NCBI GenBank assembly: GCA_024654625.1
Contig: JANLHB010000005.1
Location: forward strand, 7,191 to 71,190
Direction of reading: 5' to 3'
Source: Patescibacteria group bacterium
Lineage (GTDB): Bacteria > Patescibacteriota > Minisyncoccia > GCA-002772825
DNA length: 64,000 nt
Numbering within the stretch: position 1 is the stretch's first letter; every line of letters begins with the position of its first letter. Positions 18,099-28,192 of the stretch are shown one piece after another. The notes beneath the pieces are model-generated. The model had not been told where the DNA came from, searched no databases, and saw only the letters and a program-made list of their open reading frames with translations. A program made the translations under genes and the position numbers.

Positions 18099-19427
18099 AT
18101 GCAACGAACATTAATTAAAGATATTAAGGATAAAGTGGGGGAGACAGTCTTGCTTTCGGGTTGGGTGGATATAAGGCGCGACCACGGCAAGCTTATATTT
18201 ATAGATCTTCGCGATACCTCGGGCAAGGTGCAAATGGTTGTTTTGCCTAATCATGAAGAGGCGCACAAGGTGGGAAGCGAAGCTCGCTCAGAGTGGGTGG
18301 TGGAGATAGAAGGTGTAGTAAATAAAAGACCGGAGAGAATGATAAACGTTGATCAGCTTTTGGGTATGATGGAGATAGAGGTTTTAAATATCAAGGTACT
18401 GTCAAAAGCGGAAGAGATGCCTTTTGAGAAAGGGGCCGATATGAACTTGGATACCTACTTAAATCATCTTCCTCTTACGCTTCGTGACGAAAAGAAAAAA
18501 GCTATTTTCAAAGTGCAGTCTAATATAATAAGAGCCTTTAGAAATTTTTTTACAAAACAGGGTTTTGTGGAGATACAGGCCCCTAAGATAATAGGGGAAG
18601 ACGCTGAGGGTGGAGCGAATTCTTTCAGTTTTGACTACTTTGGTCATACGGCTCACTTGGCGCAAAGTCCTCAATTCTATAAGCAGATAATGGTGGGTGT
18701 GTTTGAGAAAGTCTTTTCAACCGGAAATGTGTATAGAGCGGAGAAGCATAGCACCACGCGTCACTTAAATGAATACACTAGCTTAGACATAGAGATGGGC
18801 TTTATAAAAGACCATACTGACGTGATGGAGATAGAGACAAAAATGCTCGCATACATTTTTGAAGAGTTAAAGAAAGATAGTAGTGAGGAGTTTAAATTGC
18901 TGGGGGCGGATATTCCAGATGTGCCTGAAAGTATCCCTTCTCTCAAGCTAAGAGAAGCGCAAGAGATAATTAAGAAAGAGCACGGAGTGGATTGTGGAAA
19001 TGAGCCTGACTTAGAACCTCAACACGAAAGATGGATTGCCGAGTATGTCAAAAGAGAGCATAATTCGGATTTTATCTTCATAACTCATTTTCCTCTATCA
19101 AAAAGACCGATGTATACTTATGAAGATGAGAAAGACCCTGGCTATGCAAACGGTTTTGATCTCTTGTTTAAAGGGATAGAGATAACGACTGGTGGACAGC
19201 GTATCCATGAATACGACAAGCTCGTTTCTTCTATAAAAAACAAAGGATTAGATCCTGAGAAGTTTAGCTTTTATCTACAGGCTTTCAAGTACGGCATGCC
19301 TCCGCATGGCGGCTTTGGTATGGGGCTTGAGAGGCTGACGGCCAAGCTCTTAAACTTGGCTAATGTTAAGGAGGCAACCCTCTTCCCTCGAGATTTAAAC
19401 AGGATAGATTCTCTTCTTTCTGAATAG
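18099..19427 (+). CDS. aspS: Aspartyl-tRNA synthetase, short non-discriminating type
   Basis: OB fold FIDLRD, LAQSPQFYKQ, YRAE..TTRHLNEY, PPHGGFGMGLER; no GAD insert. Confidence 0.9.
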   Translation: MQRTLIKDIKDKVGETVLLSGWVDIRRDHGKLIFIDLRDTSGKVQMVVLPNHEEAHKVGSEARSEWVVEIEGVVNKRPERMINVDQLLGMMEIEVLNIKVLSKAEEMPFEKGADMNLDTYLNHLPLTLRDEKKKAIFKVQSNIIRAFRNFFTKQGFVEIQAPKIIGEDAEGGANSFSFDYFGHTAHLAQSPQFYKQIMVGVFEKVFSTGNVYRAEKHSTTRHLNEYTSLDIEMGFIKDHTDVMEIETKMLAYIFEELKKDSSEEFKLLGADIPDVPESIPSLKLREAQEIIKKEHGVDCGNEPDLEPQHERWIAEYVKREHNSDFIFITHFPLSKRPMYTYEDEKDPGYANGFDLLFKGIEITTGGQRIHEYDKLVSSIKNKGLDPEKFSFYLQAFKYGMPPHGGFGMGLERLTAKLLNLANVKEATLFPRDLNRIDSLLSE

Positions 19428-19474
19428 CCAATAATACTGGTAAAATCGTTTTAAAATGGTATTATCTAAGACGT

Positions 19475-20191
19475 ATGGACGAAAATATAGGTCAACCTTA
19501 TAAGGTAAAAGCAGGGGAGTTTGAGGGGCCCTTTGAGCTTCTCTTGGAGCTTATTGAAGAGAGGAAATTATCTATAAATGAGATTTCTCTTACTGACGTT
19601 GCCGATAAGTATCTTGAGTATATTAAGAATCTAAAAGATTTTCCTATAGATGAGGCGGTCGGCTTCTTACATGTGGCTTCGACTCTTATGCTTATGAAGT
19701 CGCGCTCTCTCTTGCCTAGCCTTAAGCTGACTGAAGAGGAGGAAGAGAGTATCAGCGACCTTGAGGAGAGGCTTGTAGTCTACCGAAGGATAAAATTACT
19801 AGGACAGAATATTAAAGATAGATTTGGGAAAAATGTTCTCTGTAACAGGGAACCTTTCTCAGGCATACAACCGGAGTTTGTAGAGCCGGTTGGTATTGAG
19901 ACTGCCACTTTGTTTGAGGCGATGAAAAAAGTTTTAGTAAGTCTGCCTATTAGAGAGATAATCCCTGAAGCGGCCATCAAGAAGGCTATCAGCTTGGAAG
20001 AGAAGATAAGGGACATAGTTTCAAGGATAGAGGACGGAATAAAGATGAGTTTCCATGATTTTAACAAAGAAGGGCAAGAGAAGGGAGAGGTGATAGTGAA
20101 TTTTCTTGCAGTGCTTGAACTTGTGAAGCGAGGGTTGGTGCTGGTGGATCAGGAAAATAATTTTGGAAATATTGATATTATGAAAGCGTAG
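19475..20191 (+). CDS. scpA: Segregation and condensation protein A
   Basis: FEGPFELLLELI, MKSRSLLP, FLAVLELVK. Confidence 0.92.
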   Translation: MDENIGQPYKVKAGEFEGPFELLLELIEERKLSINEISLTDVADKYLEYIKNLKDFPIDEAVGFLHVASTLMLMKSRSLLPSLKLTEEEEESISDLEERLVVYRRIKLLGQNIKDRFGKNVLCNREPFSGIQPEFVEPVGIETATLFEAMKKVLVSLPIREIIPEAAIKKAISLEEKIRDIVSRIEDGIKMSFHDFNKEGQEKGEVIVNFLAVLELVKRGLVLVDQENNFGNIDIMKA

Positions 20192-20294
20192 GGTGTTTTA
20201 TTAACTTATTTGTATTATGTTTATGGCATTTTCTGATTTTTTATAAGTTCTCAGTTTGAATAAATAATTATCAAATTTAATAAAATAAGACGGG

Positions 20295-20918
20295 ATGAAT
20301 TTAGAAAATAAAATCGAAGCAATACTTTTCATGAAGGGGGAGCCCCAGAGTATTAAAAGTTTAGCGAGTCTTCTGAAGTTAACGGAAGCTGAGGCAGGGG
20401 AGGCGGTCTTGAAACTCGCAGAAAGCTTGAAATCCCAAGGAAGAGGGATTAGGCTCTTAAGGAAGGACGATTCGGTAATGCTTGCCACTTCGCCGGAGGC
20501 GGCAGATGTGGTAAGAGAGATGGCAAAAGAGGAGTATGACTCTAAACTCTCGCCAGCGGCTGTTGAAACGCTTGCGATTATCGCGTATAAAGGACCTATC
20601 ATAAAGGCGGAGATAGACTATATAAGAGGAGTTAATTCCGGCTTTATATTGAGAAATCTCTTGATAAGGGGGCTTATTGAGAGAGTGACAAACCCTAGTG
20701 ACCGCAGGGCTTTCTTGTATCGGCCAAGTTTTGAACTATTGCAGTTTCTTGGAGTTGATAACGCGGGTGATCTGCCGGAGCATAAAGAATTCAACGAAAA
20801 GATGGATGAATCTGTCGCCGGTATGCATGAAGTGGAAAAGAAAATGGACGAAACATTTAAAGAGCTTGAAGAGGATTTGGCTAACACCGGTATAAATATA
20901 AATGAAACGAATTCATAA
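20295..20918 (+). CDS. scpB: Segregation and condensation protein B
   Basis: LSPAAVETLAIIAYKGP...IDYIRGVNS. Confidence 0.93.
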   Translation: MNLENKIEAILFMKGEPQSIKSLASLLKLTEAEAGEAVLKLAESLKSQGRGIRLLRKDDSVMLATSPEAADVVREMAKEEYDSKLSPAAVETLAIIAYKGPIIKAEIDYIRGVNSGFILRNLLIRGLIERVTNPSDRRAFLYRPSFELLQFLGVDNAGDLPEHKEFNEKMDESVAGMHEVEKKMDETFKELEEDLANTGININETNS

Positions 20919-21798
20919 GATAATAATTATAATTATTGCTGTAGCGCTCTTGTTTGCGTTGTTGTTTCTTCTCTTGCCGGCGCGTAAAATAAGCGACGAC
21001 ATAGCTTATCGCGCAGAGAAAGCAGATCCGTTTGCGAGTATAAGTATTGAGGCGAAGGCGGTGTATGTCTTTGATATTGTAAAAGGCGAACCGATTTTTG
21101 AATTAAATAAGAATGCCCAACTCCCGCTCGCTTCTATAGTGAAGGTGATGACGGCTTTAGTAGCTTCAGGCGAAGCTCTGCCGGGTACTATTGTAGAGAT
21201 AAGTGGAGAGGCAATACAAGAAGTAGGGGATGATAACTTGTTAGTCGGTGAGAGGTGGCGACTCTCTGATATTTTGGATTTTACTGTTGTTAAGTCGTCA
21301 AACGATGGCGCTTCGGCATTGGCTCAGACAGTAAGCGCTTTCTCTTTCGGCGGGGATAAAGAAAGTTTTATAAATAAGATGAACGAGCTTGCCAAGGAGA
21401 TCGGCTTGGAGCAGACATACTTTCTTAATGAGACAGGCCTTGATGTGAATAGAAACATTTCCGGCGCTTATGGTTCGGCTGAAGATGTGGCGAAGCTCTT
21501 TGTCTATGTGTTGAAAAATAATCCCAAGATATTAGACGCGACACAATACTCTACACTTGAAGTCAGCTCTAAAGAGATGAAGCACAACATAGTAAACAGT
21601 AATAGATTAACCGCTTCTGTCTCAGGTATACTGGCTTCAAAGACGGGTTATACAGATTTGGCAGGAGGGAACTTAGCGGTCATTTTTGATGCCGGATTTA
21701 TGCATCCGGTGGTGGCGGTAGTCCTTGGTTCTTCTCAAGAGGGGAGGTTTGAAGATATGGAAAAAATAATGGAGGCCACTCTCACACGCCTCAAATAA
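20902..21798 (+). CDS. D-alanyl-D-alanine carboxypeptidase (peptidase S11)
   Basis: ASIVK (SxxK), SSN, KTG; N-terminal TM. Confidence 0.88.
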   Translation: MKRIHKIIIIIIAVALLFALLFLLLPARKISDDIAYRAEKADPFASISIEAKAVYVFDIVKGEPIFELNKNAQLPLASIVKVMTALVASGEALPGTIVEISGEAIQEVGDDNLLVGERWRLSDILDFTVVKSSNDGASALAQTVSAFSFGGDKESFINKMNELAKEIGLEQTYFLNETGLDVNRNISGAYGSAEDVAKLFVYVLKNNPKILDATQYSTLEVSSKEMKHNIVNSNRLTASVSGILASKTGYTDLAGGNLAVIFDAGFMHPVVAVVLGSSQEGRFEDMEKIMEATLTRLK

Positions 21799-21800
21799 TC

Positions 21801-21843
21801 AAAAGGTCTCACCTTTTTGTATAGATCAAAGATGAGACCTTTT
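21801..21843. repeat. AAAAGGTCTCACCTTTT palindromic repeat pair
   Basis: Same unit recurs as an inverted pair at 37434-37469. Confidence 0.65.
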
Positions 21844-21850
21844 TGTGGGG

Positions 21851-21878
21851 TTGACAAAATAATATAAATATATATAAT
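21851..21878 (+). promoter_or_regulatory. Sigma70-type promoter
   Basis: TTGACA-N16-TATAAT upstream of the 21978 gene. Confidence 0.6.
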
Positions 21879-21977
21879 TTAGTTTGAATTTGTACATTGA
21901 AAAAGTGATTTTTCCTGCCTGCCGGTAGGCAGGTATTTATGCAGTAAAATCTTAAACCGAAAAACGGAGGGTGGATT

Positions 21978-22958
21978 ATGAAGAGATTATTGATTAAGGA
22001 AAAGAGGATAGAAGGATTATATGAAGTAGCACTCGGCCTTGTAACCATCGACAGTGTGAAGTATTCTGTAGATTTGATAAGAAAGGTTATATCCGTCAAG
22101 GATAATTTCCTTGTCGGCAGTATAAGGGCCGATGATAAAGAGATCTGGCACTTTAAAAATGCCAGATACAACGGCATTTGTGTCGTCACGGAAGTTGACG
22201 ACACAGTCGTCCTTTGTTTCCTCTCTCATAGCAACGAGCTCGAGTGGATAGTGCCACTTGAGCACCTGCGTGATTCGCAGATTATTGATGGTGAAATGGT
22301 CACCGCGATGGACGTGGGGGAGAGGCTTATCCTTAAGCAGGCCGCGGCAAAAGAGATCGGCGCCGTAGTTAAGCTTTCTCCGCTGGAGGAAAAAGTCTCG
22401 TCTTATCTTTCCGTGAAGCGGAGGGAGAAGGAAGAGGCAGAGAGACTTGAGAGGAGCCGTCTCAAAGAGGAGAGGCGCGCTGAGATAATGGCGCGTGAGA
22501 GCATCTCGGCGTATACTGAGACCGGCGCTGGTAGGTTTGGTAAGCCGGTCACAGCTGACGAGTGGCCGTGTCTGCCGAACGGCACCCGGGTCATCCTCGT
22601 CGAGAGCTTCAACAAGGAGACGGGCGAATGTGGCCCGACCAGAGAAGCCTTTATTATAAGGAAGGGAAAAGGAGGCAGGATAGAGAAAGAGAACGCCTCC
22701 GAGGTGGCGAGCGAGCGTCCGGCGCCTAAATTCGTCGAAGTTAAGGCGAAGAAGGTCATAATCGTCGATATGGACGGGGCCATGAGACAGATCCCCGTCT
22801 ATAAAACGACGGAGGAAATAGAGCTGGCCAAGAAAGCAGGCTTGAACGGAGGCTCAATGGTGACCTCCGAGGACCAGAGGGATGAGAAGGGGAGATATCT
22901 CATATCGTCCCTTAAGGGTCCGGTGGAGAAAAAACTGGGGTCCTTCATGCCCCTGTAA
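21978..22958 (+). CDS. Hypothetical protein
   Basis: 326-aa ORF with GGAGG RBS, own promoter and terminator; no recognised motif. Confidence 0.75.
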   Translation: MKRLLIKEKRIEGLYEVALGLVTIDSVKYSVDLIRKVISVKDNFLVGSIRADDKEIWHFKNARYNGICVVTEVDDTVVLCFLSHSNELEWIVPLEHLRDSQIIDGEMVTAMDVGERLILKQAAAKEIGAVVKLSPLEEKVSSYLSVKRREKEEAERLERSRLKEERRAEIMARESISAYTETGAGRFGKPVTADEWPCLPNGTRVILVESFNKETGECGPTREAFIIRKGKGGRIEKENASEVASERPAPKFVEVKAKKVIIVDMDGAMRQIPVYKTTEEIELAKKAGLNGGSMVTSEDQRDEKGRYLISSLKGPVEKKLGSFMPL

Positions 22959-22978
22959 CAAGCTCAAAAACACCCTCC

Positions 22979-23026
22979 AAAACCCCACCTGTTAAACACC
23001 CAGTGTTTAACAGGTGGGGTTTTTTT
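22979..23026 (+). terminator. Intrinsic terminator
   Basis: aaccccacctgttaaacac / gtgtttaacaggtggggtt plus T-run. Confidence 0.85.
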
Positions 23027-23076
23027 ATTTTTATCCCTTTTGAATATTTGAGGGAAGAGTGGTATAATTTAGCCTA

Positions 23077-24135
23077 ATGATTATAGACGTCTTTAAAGTT
23101 TTCGTGCCAGCTACAGTGGCTTTTTTCATAGGTATTCTTTTAGCGCCGCTTCTGACGCATTATTTGTATAAATATAAGATGTGGAAGAAAAAGGCGCGGA
23201 CAAACGGTCTTGGGGGCGGAGGGACGCCTATTTTTAACAACATCCACAAAGAAAAAGAGGTTGGCACTCCTCGTATGGGTGGTATCTTGATCTGGAGTAG
23301 CGCGCTTCTAGCAATAATTATTTTTCGGTTGTTATCGGTAATATTTTCAAATCCGCTCGCTCTAAAGCTCGATTTCTTAAGCAGGTCTCAAACATGGCTT
23401 CCGATTTTTACTCTTTTTGCCGGGTCTATGGTGGGGCTGGCAGATGACCTTTTAGTTATTTATGGCAAAGGGAAATATATCGCCGGCGGACTTAAGTTAT
23501 CAGAGAGGATAATAATGGTCCTTGCCATAGGGGCTATCGGCGCTTGGTGGTTTTTCATAAAGCTCGGTATCTCTAGTATTCTTGTCCCTTTTTACGGAGA
23601 AGTTTCGCTAGGTCTTCTTTTTATCCCGCTTTTTATGATTATGATGTTGGCGCTGTTTTCAGGCGGAGTGATAGACGGCATAGATGGCCTGTCGGGCGGA
23701 ATTTTTGCAGCAATTTTTTCCGCTTATGGGGGGATAGCCTTTTTTCAAAATCAAATAGACTTAGCGGCCTTCTGCGCTGTGGTGGCAGGCGGAATTTTAG
23801 CATTCTTATGGTTTAATATACCGCCGGCGCGTTTCTATATGACAGAGACGGGTATTTTAGGGCTTACTACCGCTATTACAGTAGTCGCTTTTTTAACGAA
23901 GGCAGTTGTGGTCTTGCCGATAATCGCTTTTCCTCTTTTTGTGGCTTCCGGTTCGGTTATTATTCAAGTCACTTCAAAGAAGTTTAGAAACGGCAAAAAG
24001 GTATTTTTAGTCGCGCCTATTCATCATCATTTTGAAGCGTTAGGCTGGCCTTCATATAAAGTAACAATGCGTTTTTGGATTATAAGTATTATATTCGCAA
24101 TCATCGGGATGATTATAACGCTAGCGGGGAAATAG
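23077..24135 (+). CDS. mraY: Phospho-N-acetylmuramoyl-pentapeptide transferase
   Basis: GTPRMGG, GLADD, DGIDGL, FLWFN.PPA, APIHHHFE. Confidence 0.93.
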   Translation: MIIDVFKVFVPATVAFFIGILLAPLLTHYLYKYKMWKKKARTNGLGGGGTPIFNNIHKEKEVGTPRMGGILIWSSALLAIIIFRLLSVIFSNPLALKLDFLSRSQTWLPIFTLFAGSMVGLADDLLVIYGKGKYIAGGLKLSERIIMVLAIGAIGAWWFFIKLGISSILVPFYGEVSLGLLFIPLFMIMMLALFSGGVIDGIDGLSGGIFAAIFSAYGGIAFFQNQIDLAAFCAVVAGGILAFLWFNIPPARFYMTETGILGLTTAITVVAFLTKAVVVLPIIAFPLFVASGSVIIQVTSKKFRNGKKVFLVAPIHHHFEALGWPSYKVTMRFWIISIIFAIIGMIITLAGK

Positions 24136-24156
24136 ATTAATAGTTATAATAAAATA

Positions 24157-25725
24157 ATGGCTTACTATTCTATCTTGATAAAAAATGGCACAGTCTTTGA
24201 TGGAAAGGGAAATACCGGTGTTAAGACAGATATTGGCATTTCCGGTGACGAGATAAAAAAAATAGGCAACTTGTCTGGCGCTACAGCCGATGAGGTTATA
24301 AATGCCGAGGGTAAATATGTTTGCCCTGGTTTTATTGATACAACCGCTCATTCAGATACTCATTTTACGCTTTTTTCTTCGCCAAGGCAGGAAAGCTTTT
24401 TTCGGCAAGGCGTGACAACAATTGTCGGAGGCAATTGCGGGTCGTCTCTCGCGCCTCTTTTGTCTAAAGATGCGACAGAGAGCTTGGCTAAATGGACGGA
24501 CATATCAAAGATTAATGTTAACTGGCGCACGGTTGGCGAGATGCTTAATGAACTTGATAATCACAGACTGGGAGTTAATTTTTGCACTTTAGCGGGTTTT
24601 GATACTTTATATAAATCTATTGTAGGAGAATCAATAGAGATTAATGACGATATATTAAAGCAGTTAAAGCTAGTCTTGAGAAATTCTATTAAAGAAGGGG
24701 CTTTTGGCTTATCTGCTTCTTTGAGCGCCGAGAGTATTAGTCAGATCGGAGATGATAATTTTATTGAGATATTGAAAGAAGCGGAGGATCGCGGCGCTTT
24801 AGTTAAACATCATCTTGAAGATGAGGGTAAGAACATTTTACCGTCTCTTTCAAAAGTGCTTCATTTGGCTCGTAATTCCGGAGCAAGGACGCAGATTTCT
24901 CATTTTAAGGCATTAGGGAGGAGTGCTTGGAGTGTCTGGCCGCAGAGCCTTGAGATGATTAGGACTGCCAGAGAAGACGGGGTGGATATAATATGCGATT
25001 TTTTCCCTTACACGCGTACAGGTTCAAGTTTATTTGATTTTTTGCCTCTTTGGATCAAGAAAGAGGGGAGAGAAAAAATTTTAAAAATTTTAAGAGCTCA
25101 TGATTCAAACGAAAGGAAGGATTTGCTGACTTACTTAAAGAGCCTTACTTTGCATTATGACAGAATAACTATAGCTTCAACCTTGCATGATTTTTCAAGC
25201 GTTGGTAAAACCATAGAGAGTCTCGCTTTAGAATCCGGCTTAAGCGGGGAGGAAGTTATATTGAATCTTTTGGAGGTGAATAATCTCCATGTGTCTATAT
25301 TTAGTGAAGTAATAAGCGAGAAAAATATAGAGGATTTGGCAAAAGAAGATTATTCAATGGTTGCCTCAGACGGAGTTGGCTATGATGTTTCAAGTAACAC
25401 TTCAGAAATAATGAAAGACCTTGCGCATCCGAGATCTTTTGGCGCTTTTCCGCGATTTTTAAACACTTTTGCCAAAAAGGGGATTATCAGTTGGGAGCAG
25501 GCTATATATAAGATGACGGCTCTGCCGGCTAAAGCCTTAGGGCTTAAGGACAGAGGAGCTATCGCTAAAGGAAATTATGCTGATATTGTCATATTTGATC
25601 CGGAAGAGATAGAGGATCAATCTACTTATGATGCTCCTTATCGCTTGCCTCTTGGCATAGAGAGAGTGCTTATAAACGGCAAGTCGTCTTTTGAGATGGC
25701 AGGCAGGGTTTTAAGGTATAGATAA
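24157..25725 (+). CDS. N-acyl-D-amino-acid deacylase-like amidohydrolase
   Basis: PGFID, QGVTT..GGNCG, SDG, HPRSFG.FPR, KMT..PA, ADIVIFDP. Confidence 0.85.
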   Translation: MAYYSILIKNGTVFDGKGNTGVKTDIGISGDEIKKIGNLSGATADEVINAEGKYVCPGFIDTTAHSDTHFTLFSSPRQESFFRQGVTTIVGGNCGSSLAPLLSKDATESLAKWTDISKINVNWRTVGEMLNELDNHRLGVNFCTLAGFDTLYKSIVGESIEINDDILKQLKLVLRNSIKEGAFGLSASLSAESISQIGDDNFIEILKEAEDRGALVKHHLEDEGKNILPSLSKVLHLARNSGARTQISHFKALGRSAWSVWPQSLEMIRTAREDGVDIICDFFPYTRTGSSLFDFLPLWIKKEGREKILKILRAHDSNERKDLLTYLKSLTLHYDRITIASTLHDFSSVGKTIESLALESGLSGEEVILNLLEVNNLHVSIFSEVISEKNIEDLAKEDYSMVASDGVGYDVSSNTSEIMKDLAHPRSFGAFPRFLNTFAKKGIISWEQAIYKMTALPAKALGLKDRGAIAKGNYADIVIFDPEEIEDQSTYDAPYRLPLGIERVLINGKSSFEMAGRVLRYR

Positions 25726-25734
25726 TGCATTATT

Positions 25735-26832
25735 ATGACACGGAAAAAATATGATAAGGTTTTTTTAGCATCTTTTTTATTTTTAGTCTTAGGCGGATTT
25801 TTAATTTTTTCCTCATCGGCGATGGGTCTTCTTGCAAGAGACGGCGCTTCTTTTTATAAAATACTTATAAAACAGTTTGTAGTAGGATTTTTGGCCGGAG
25901 GCGGAGCTCTTCTTTTAGCTTATAAAATAGATTATAGGAATTGGAAAAGATTTGCCATATTTATTTTTGTATTTTCATTTTTAGTTTCTCTTTTGGTTTT
26001 TGTTCCTCAGCTTGGGTTTAAGCATGGCGGCGCAAGAAGGTGGATTGATTTGGGTTTTACTTCATTTCAGCCGTCGGAATTTTTGAAACTTGGATTTATA
26101 ATATATTTCTCATCTTGGCTTTCTAATCATAAAAAGGAAATTGATTCTTTGAAGTCCGGGTTGATACCTTTTTTACTGATGGTCGGGTCAGTCGGGCTTC
26201 TTTTGGCGGCTGAGCCTGACATAGGAACTCTTCTTGTAATTGTTATGTCGAGCGTTTCTATTTTTTATATAAGCGGAGCGAGTATAAAACAGATTCTCAT
26301 TTTTATTCTTGTCGGGCTTGCTTCTTTTGTGGCGCTTGTTTTCACGAAGCCATACCTTATGAATAGGATGATGGTCTTTTTGAATCTATCTAATGACATT
26401 CAAGGGATCGGCTATCAGCTAAAACAATCTCTTATTGCTGTCGGTTCAGGCGGTTTATATGGAAGGGGATTTGGAATGAGTATTCAGAAATTTAAGTATC
26501 TTCCCGAGCCGATTGGTGATTCTATTTTTTCAGTGACGGCTGAAGAGTTTGGATTTTTAGGCTCGATTATTTTAATAGGCGCGTTTCTTTTTTTCTTATA
26601 TAGAGGTCTTTTGATCGCATCTCGCGCGCCTGATATATTTGGGAGGCTTCTTTCGGCAGGAATTATAATTTTAATAGTAGGCCAGTCTTTTGTGAATATA
26701 GGGGCCATGATAGGGATACTTCCTCTTACCGGGCTACCTCTTATCTTCGTCTCTCAGGGTTCTTCCGCCTTTATATTTGCGATGATTGAAGTGGGGATAT
26801 TGCTCAATATCTCAAAACATACTTCACGTTAG
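25735..26832 (+). CDS. ftsW: SEDS peptidoglycan polymerase FtsW
   Basis: GARRWI, FQPSEF.K, PD.GT, YQ..QS..A.GSGG, LPE...D.IF. Confidence 0.92.
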   Translation: MTRKKYDKVFLASFLFLVLGGFLIFSSSAMGLLARDGASFYKILIKQFVVGFLAGGGALLLAYKIDYRNWKRFAIFIFVFSFLVSLLVFVPQLGFKHGGARRWIDLGFTSFQPSEFLKLGFIIYFSSWLSNHKKEIDSLKSGLIPFLLMVGSVGLLLAAEPDIGTLLVIVMSSVSIFYISGASIKQILIFILVGLASFVALVFTKPYLMNRMMVFLNLSNDIQGIGYQLKQSLIAVGSGGLYGRGFGMSIQKFKYLPEPIGDSIFSVTAEEFGFLGSIILIGAFLFFLYRGLLIASRAPDIFGRLLSAGIIILIVGQSFVNIGAMIGILPLTGLPLIFVSQGSSAFIFAMIEVGILLNISKHTSR

Positions 26833-26873
26833 ACCACTTTTTTAAATATTAAAAATAAGGTATTATATAGAAT

Positions 26874-28010
26874 ATGAAAATCGTTCTTACCGGAGGCGGA
26901 ACAGGCGGTCATTTTTACCCGCTTATAGCTGTTGCCGAGGAATTAAACAAGATAATAGACGAAGAAAAGCTTATTAATACAAAACTTATTTATATGTCCG
27001 ATGATCCTTATGACAAGAGATTGCTTGATGAAAAAGATATTAAGTTTAGAAAAATAAGCGCAGGGAAGATTCGCCGTTATTTTTCTTTGCTCAATATAAT
27101 AGATTTCTTTAAGATTATTTTTGGCACTCTAAAAGCAATGTGGAATATCTATACTGATTTTCCTGATGTCGTGTTTGGGAAAGGAGGGTATGCCAGTTTT
27201 CCTGTGCTTTTTTCGGCAAGATTCTTCAGAATTCCTGTTGTTATACATGAGTCTGATGCGGTGCCGGGAAGAGTGAATAAGTGGGCTTCAAAGTTTGCCA
27301 GAAGAGTAGCAATCTCTTTTTCTGAATCAATAAATTATTTTCCTGAGAAGACAAGGAAGAAGATAGCGGTTGTTGGAAATCCGGTCAGGGAAAATCTTGT
27401 TCGCCTGCCTAAAGAAGGATTTAGTGAATTTCTAGAGCTTGATAAGAGTGTACCGGTCGTCTTCATCTTAGGCGGTTCGCAAGGGGCGCAGAAGATAAAT
27501 GATATTGTCGTTGATATGGCAAGCGAGTTAGCCGCTAAATATCAGGTTATCCACCAGTGCGGAAAAAATAATTTTAAAGAAGTTGAAGGAAGAGCGGCTG
27601 TAGCCCTTGAAAAGTCTCCTTTTAAAAACAGATATCGCGTTTTTGGATTTCTAAATGAGTCGGCCATGAAGATGGCCGCCGCCGCTTCAGATATTATTAT
27701 CTCACGAGCCGGATCATCGGCGATATTTGAAATTGCCGCATGGGGAAAACCAAGTATACTTATCCCTCTCTCCGGTTCGGCGCAAGACCACCAAAGAGAA
27801 AATGCTTATGCTTTTGCCAGGACAGGCGCATCGGAAGTGATTGAAGAAAAGAATTTATCCCCGCATATATTGCTTTCTGAGATAGGCAGGATTTTGTCTC
27901 AGAAAGATCAATTGGAGGATATTAAACATAAGGCCAATCAGTTTTATAAGCCTGAGGCGGGACGCCAAATTGCAAGGGAGATAATCAACCTTGCGCTTGA
28001 ACATGCATAG
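26874..28010 (+). CDS. murG: MurG glycosyltransferase
   Basis: GGGTGGH, GGSQGA, SRAG, HQRENA. Confidence 0.95.
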   Translation: MKIVLTGGGTGGHFYPLIAVAEELNKIIDEEKLINTKLIYMSDDPYDKRLLDEKDIKFRKISAGKIRRYFSLLNIIDFFKIIFGTLKAMWNIYTDFPDVVFGKGGYASFPVLFSARFFRIPVVIHESDAVPGRVNKWASKFARRVAISFSESINYFPEKTRKKIAVVGNPVRENLVRLPKEGFSEFLELDKSVPVVFILGGSQGAQKINDIVVDMASELAAKYQVIHQCGKNNFKEVEGRAAVALEKSPFKNRYRVFGFLNESAMKMAAAASDIIISRAGSSAIFEIAAWGKPSILIPLSGSAQDHQRENAYAFARTGASEVIEEKNLSPHILLSEIGRILSQKDQLEDIKHKANQFYKPEAGRQIAREIINLALEHA

Positions 28011-28090
28011 GAGGGTATCGAGGGTCATGGTCGGTAGAAAATAAAAACACATCCACCTTTCTGGTCCTCTGAATTAATAAGCAAATTATT

Positions 28091-28126
28091 TTCAAACTTA
28101 TTTAACGACCGCACAAAAAGTTTGAA
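28091..28126 (+). repeat. 36-bp ACGACCG-core element, left direct repeat of the PaaX/Cas2-like gene
   Basis: 28094-28117 identical to 28760-28783 (aaacttatttaacgaccgcacaaa); arms TTCAAACT/AGTTTGAA. Confidence 0.85.
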
Positions 28127-28192
28127 AGTTTTCGTGGATGTTATATAATATACATGTGCAGGTAGTTAATATTAAGTTGTTGAATAATTAAT

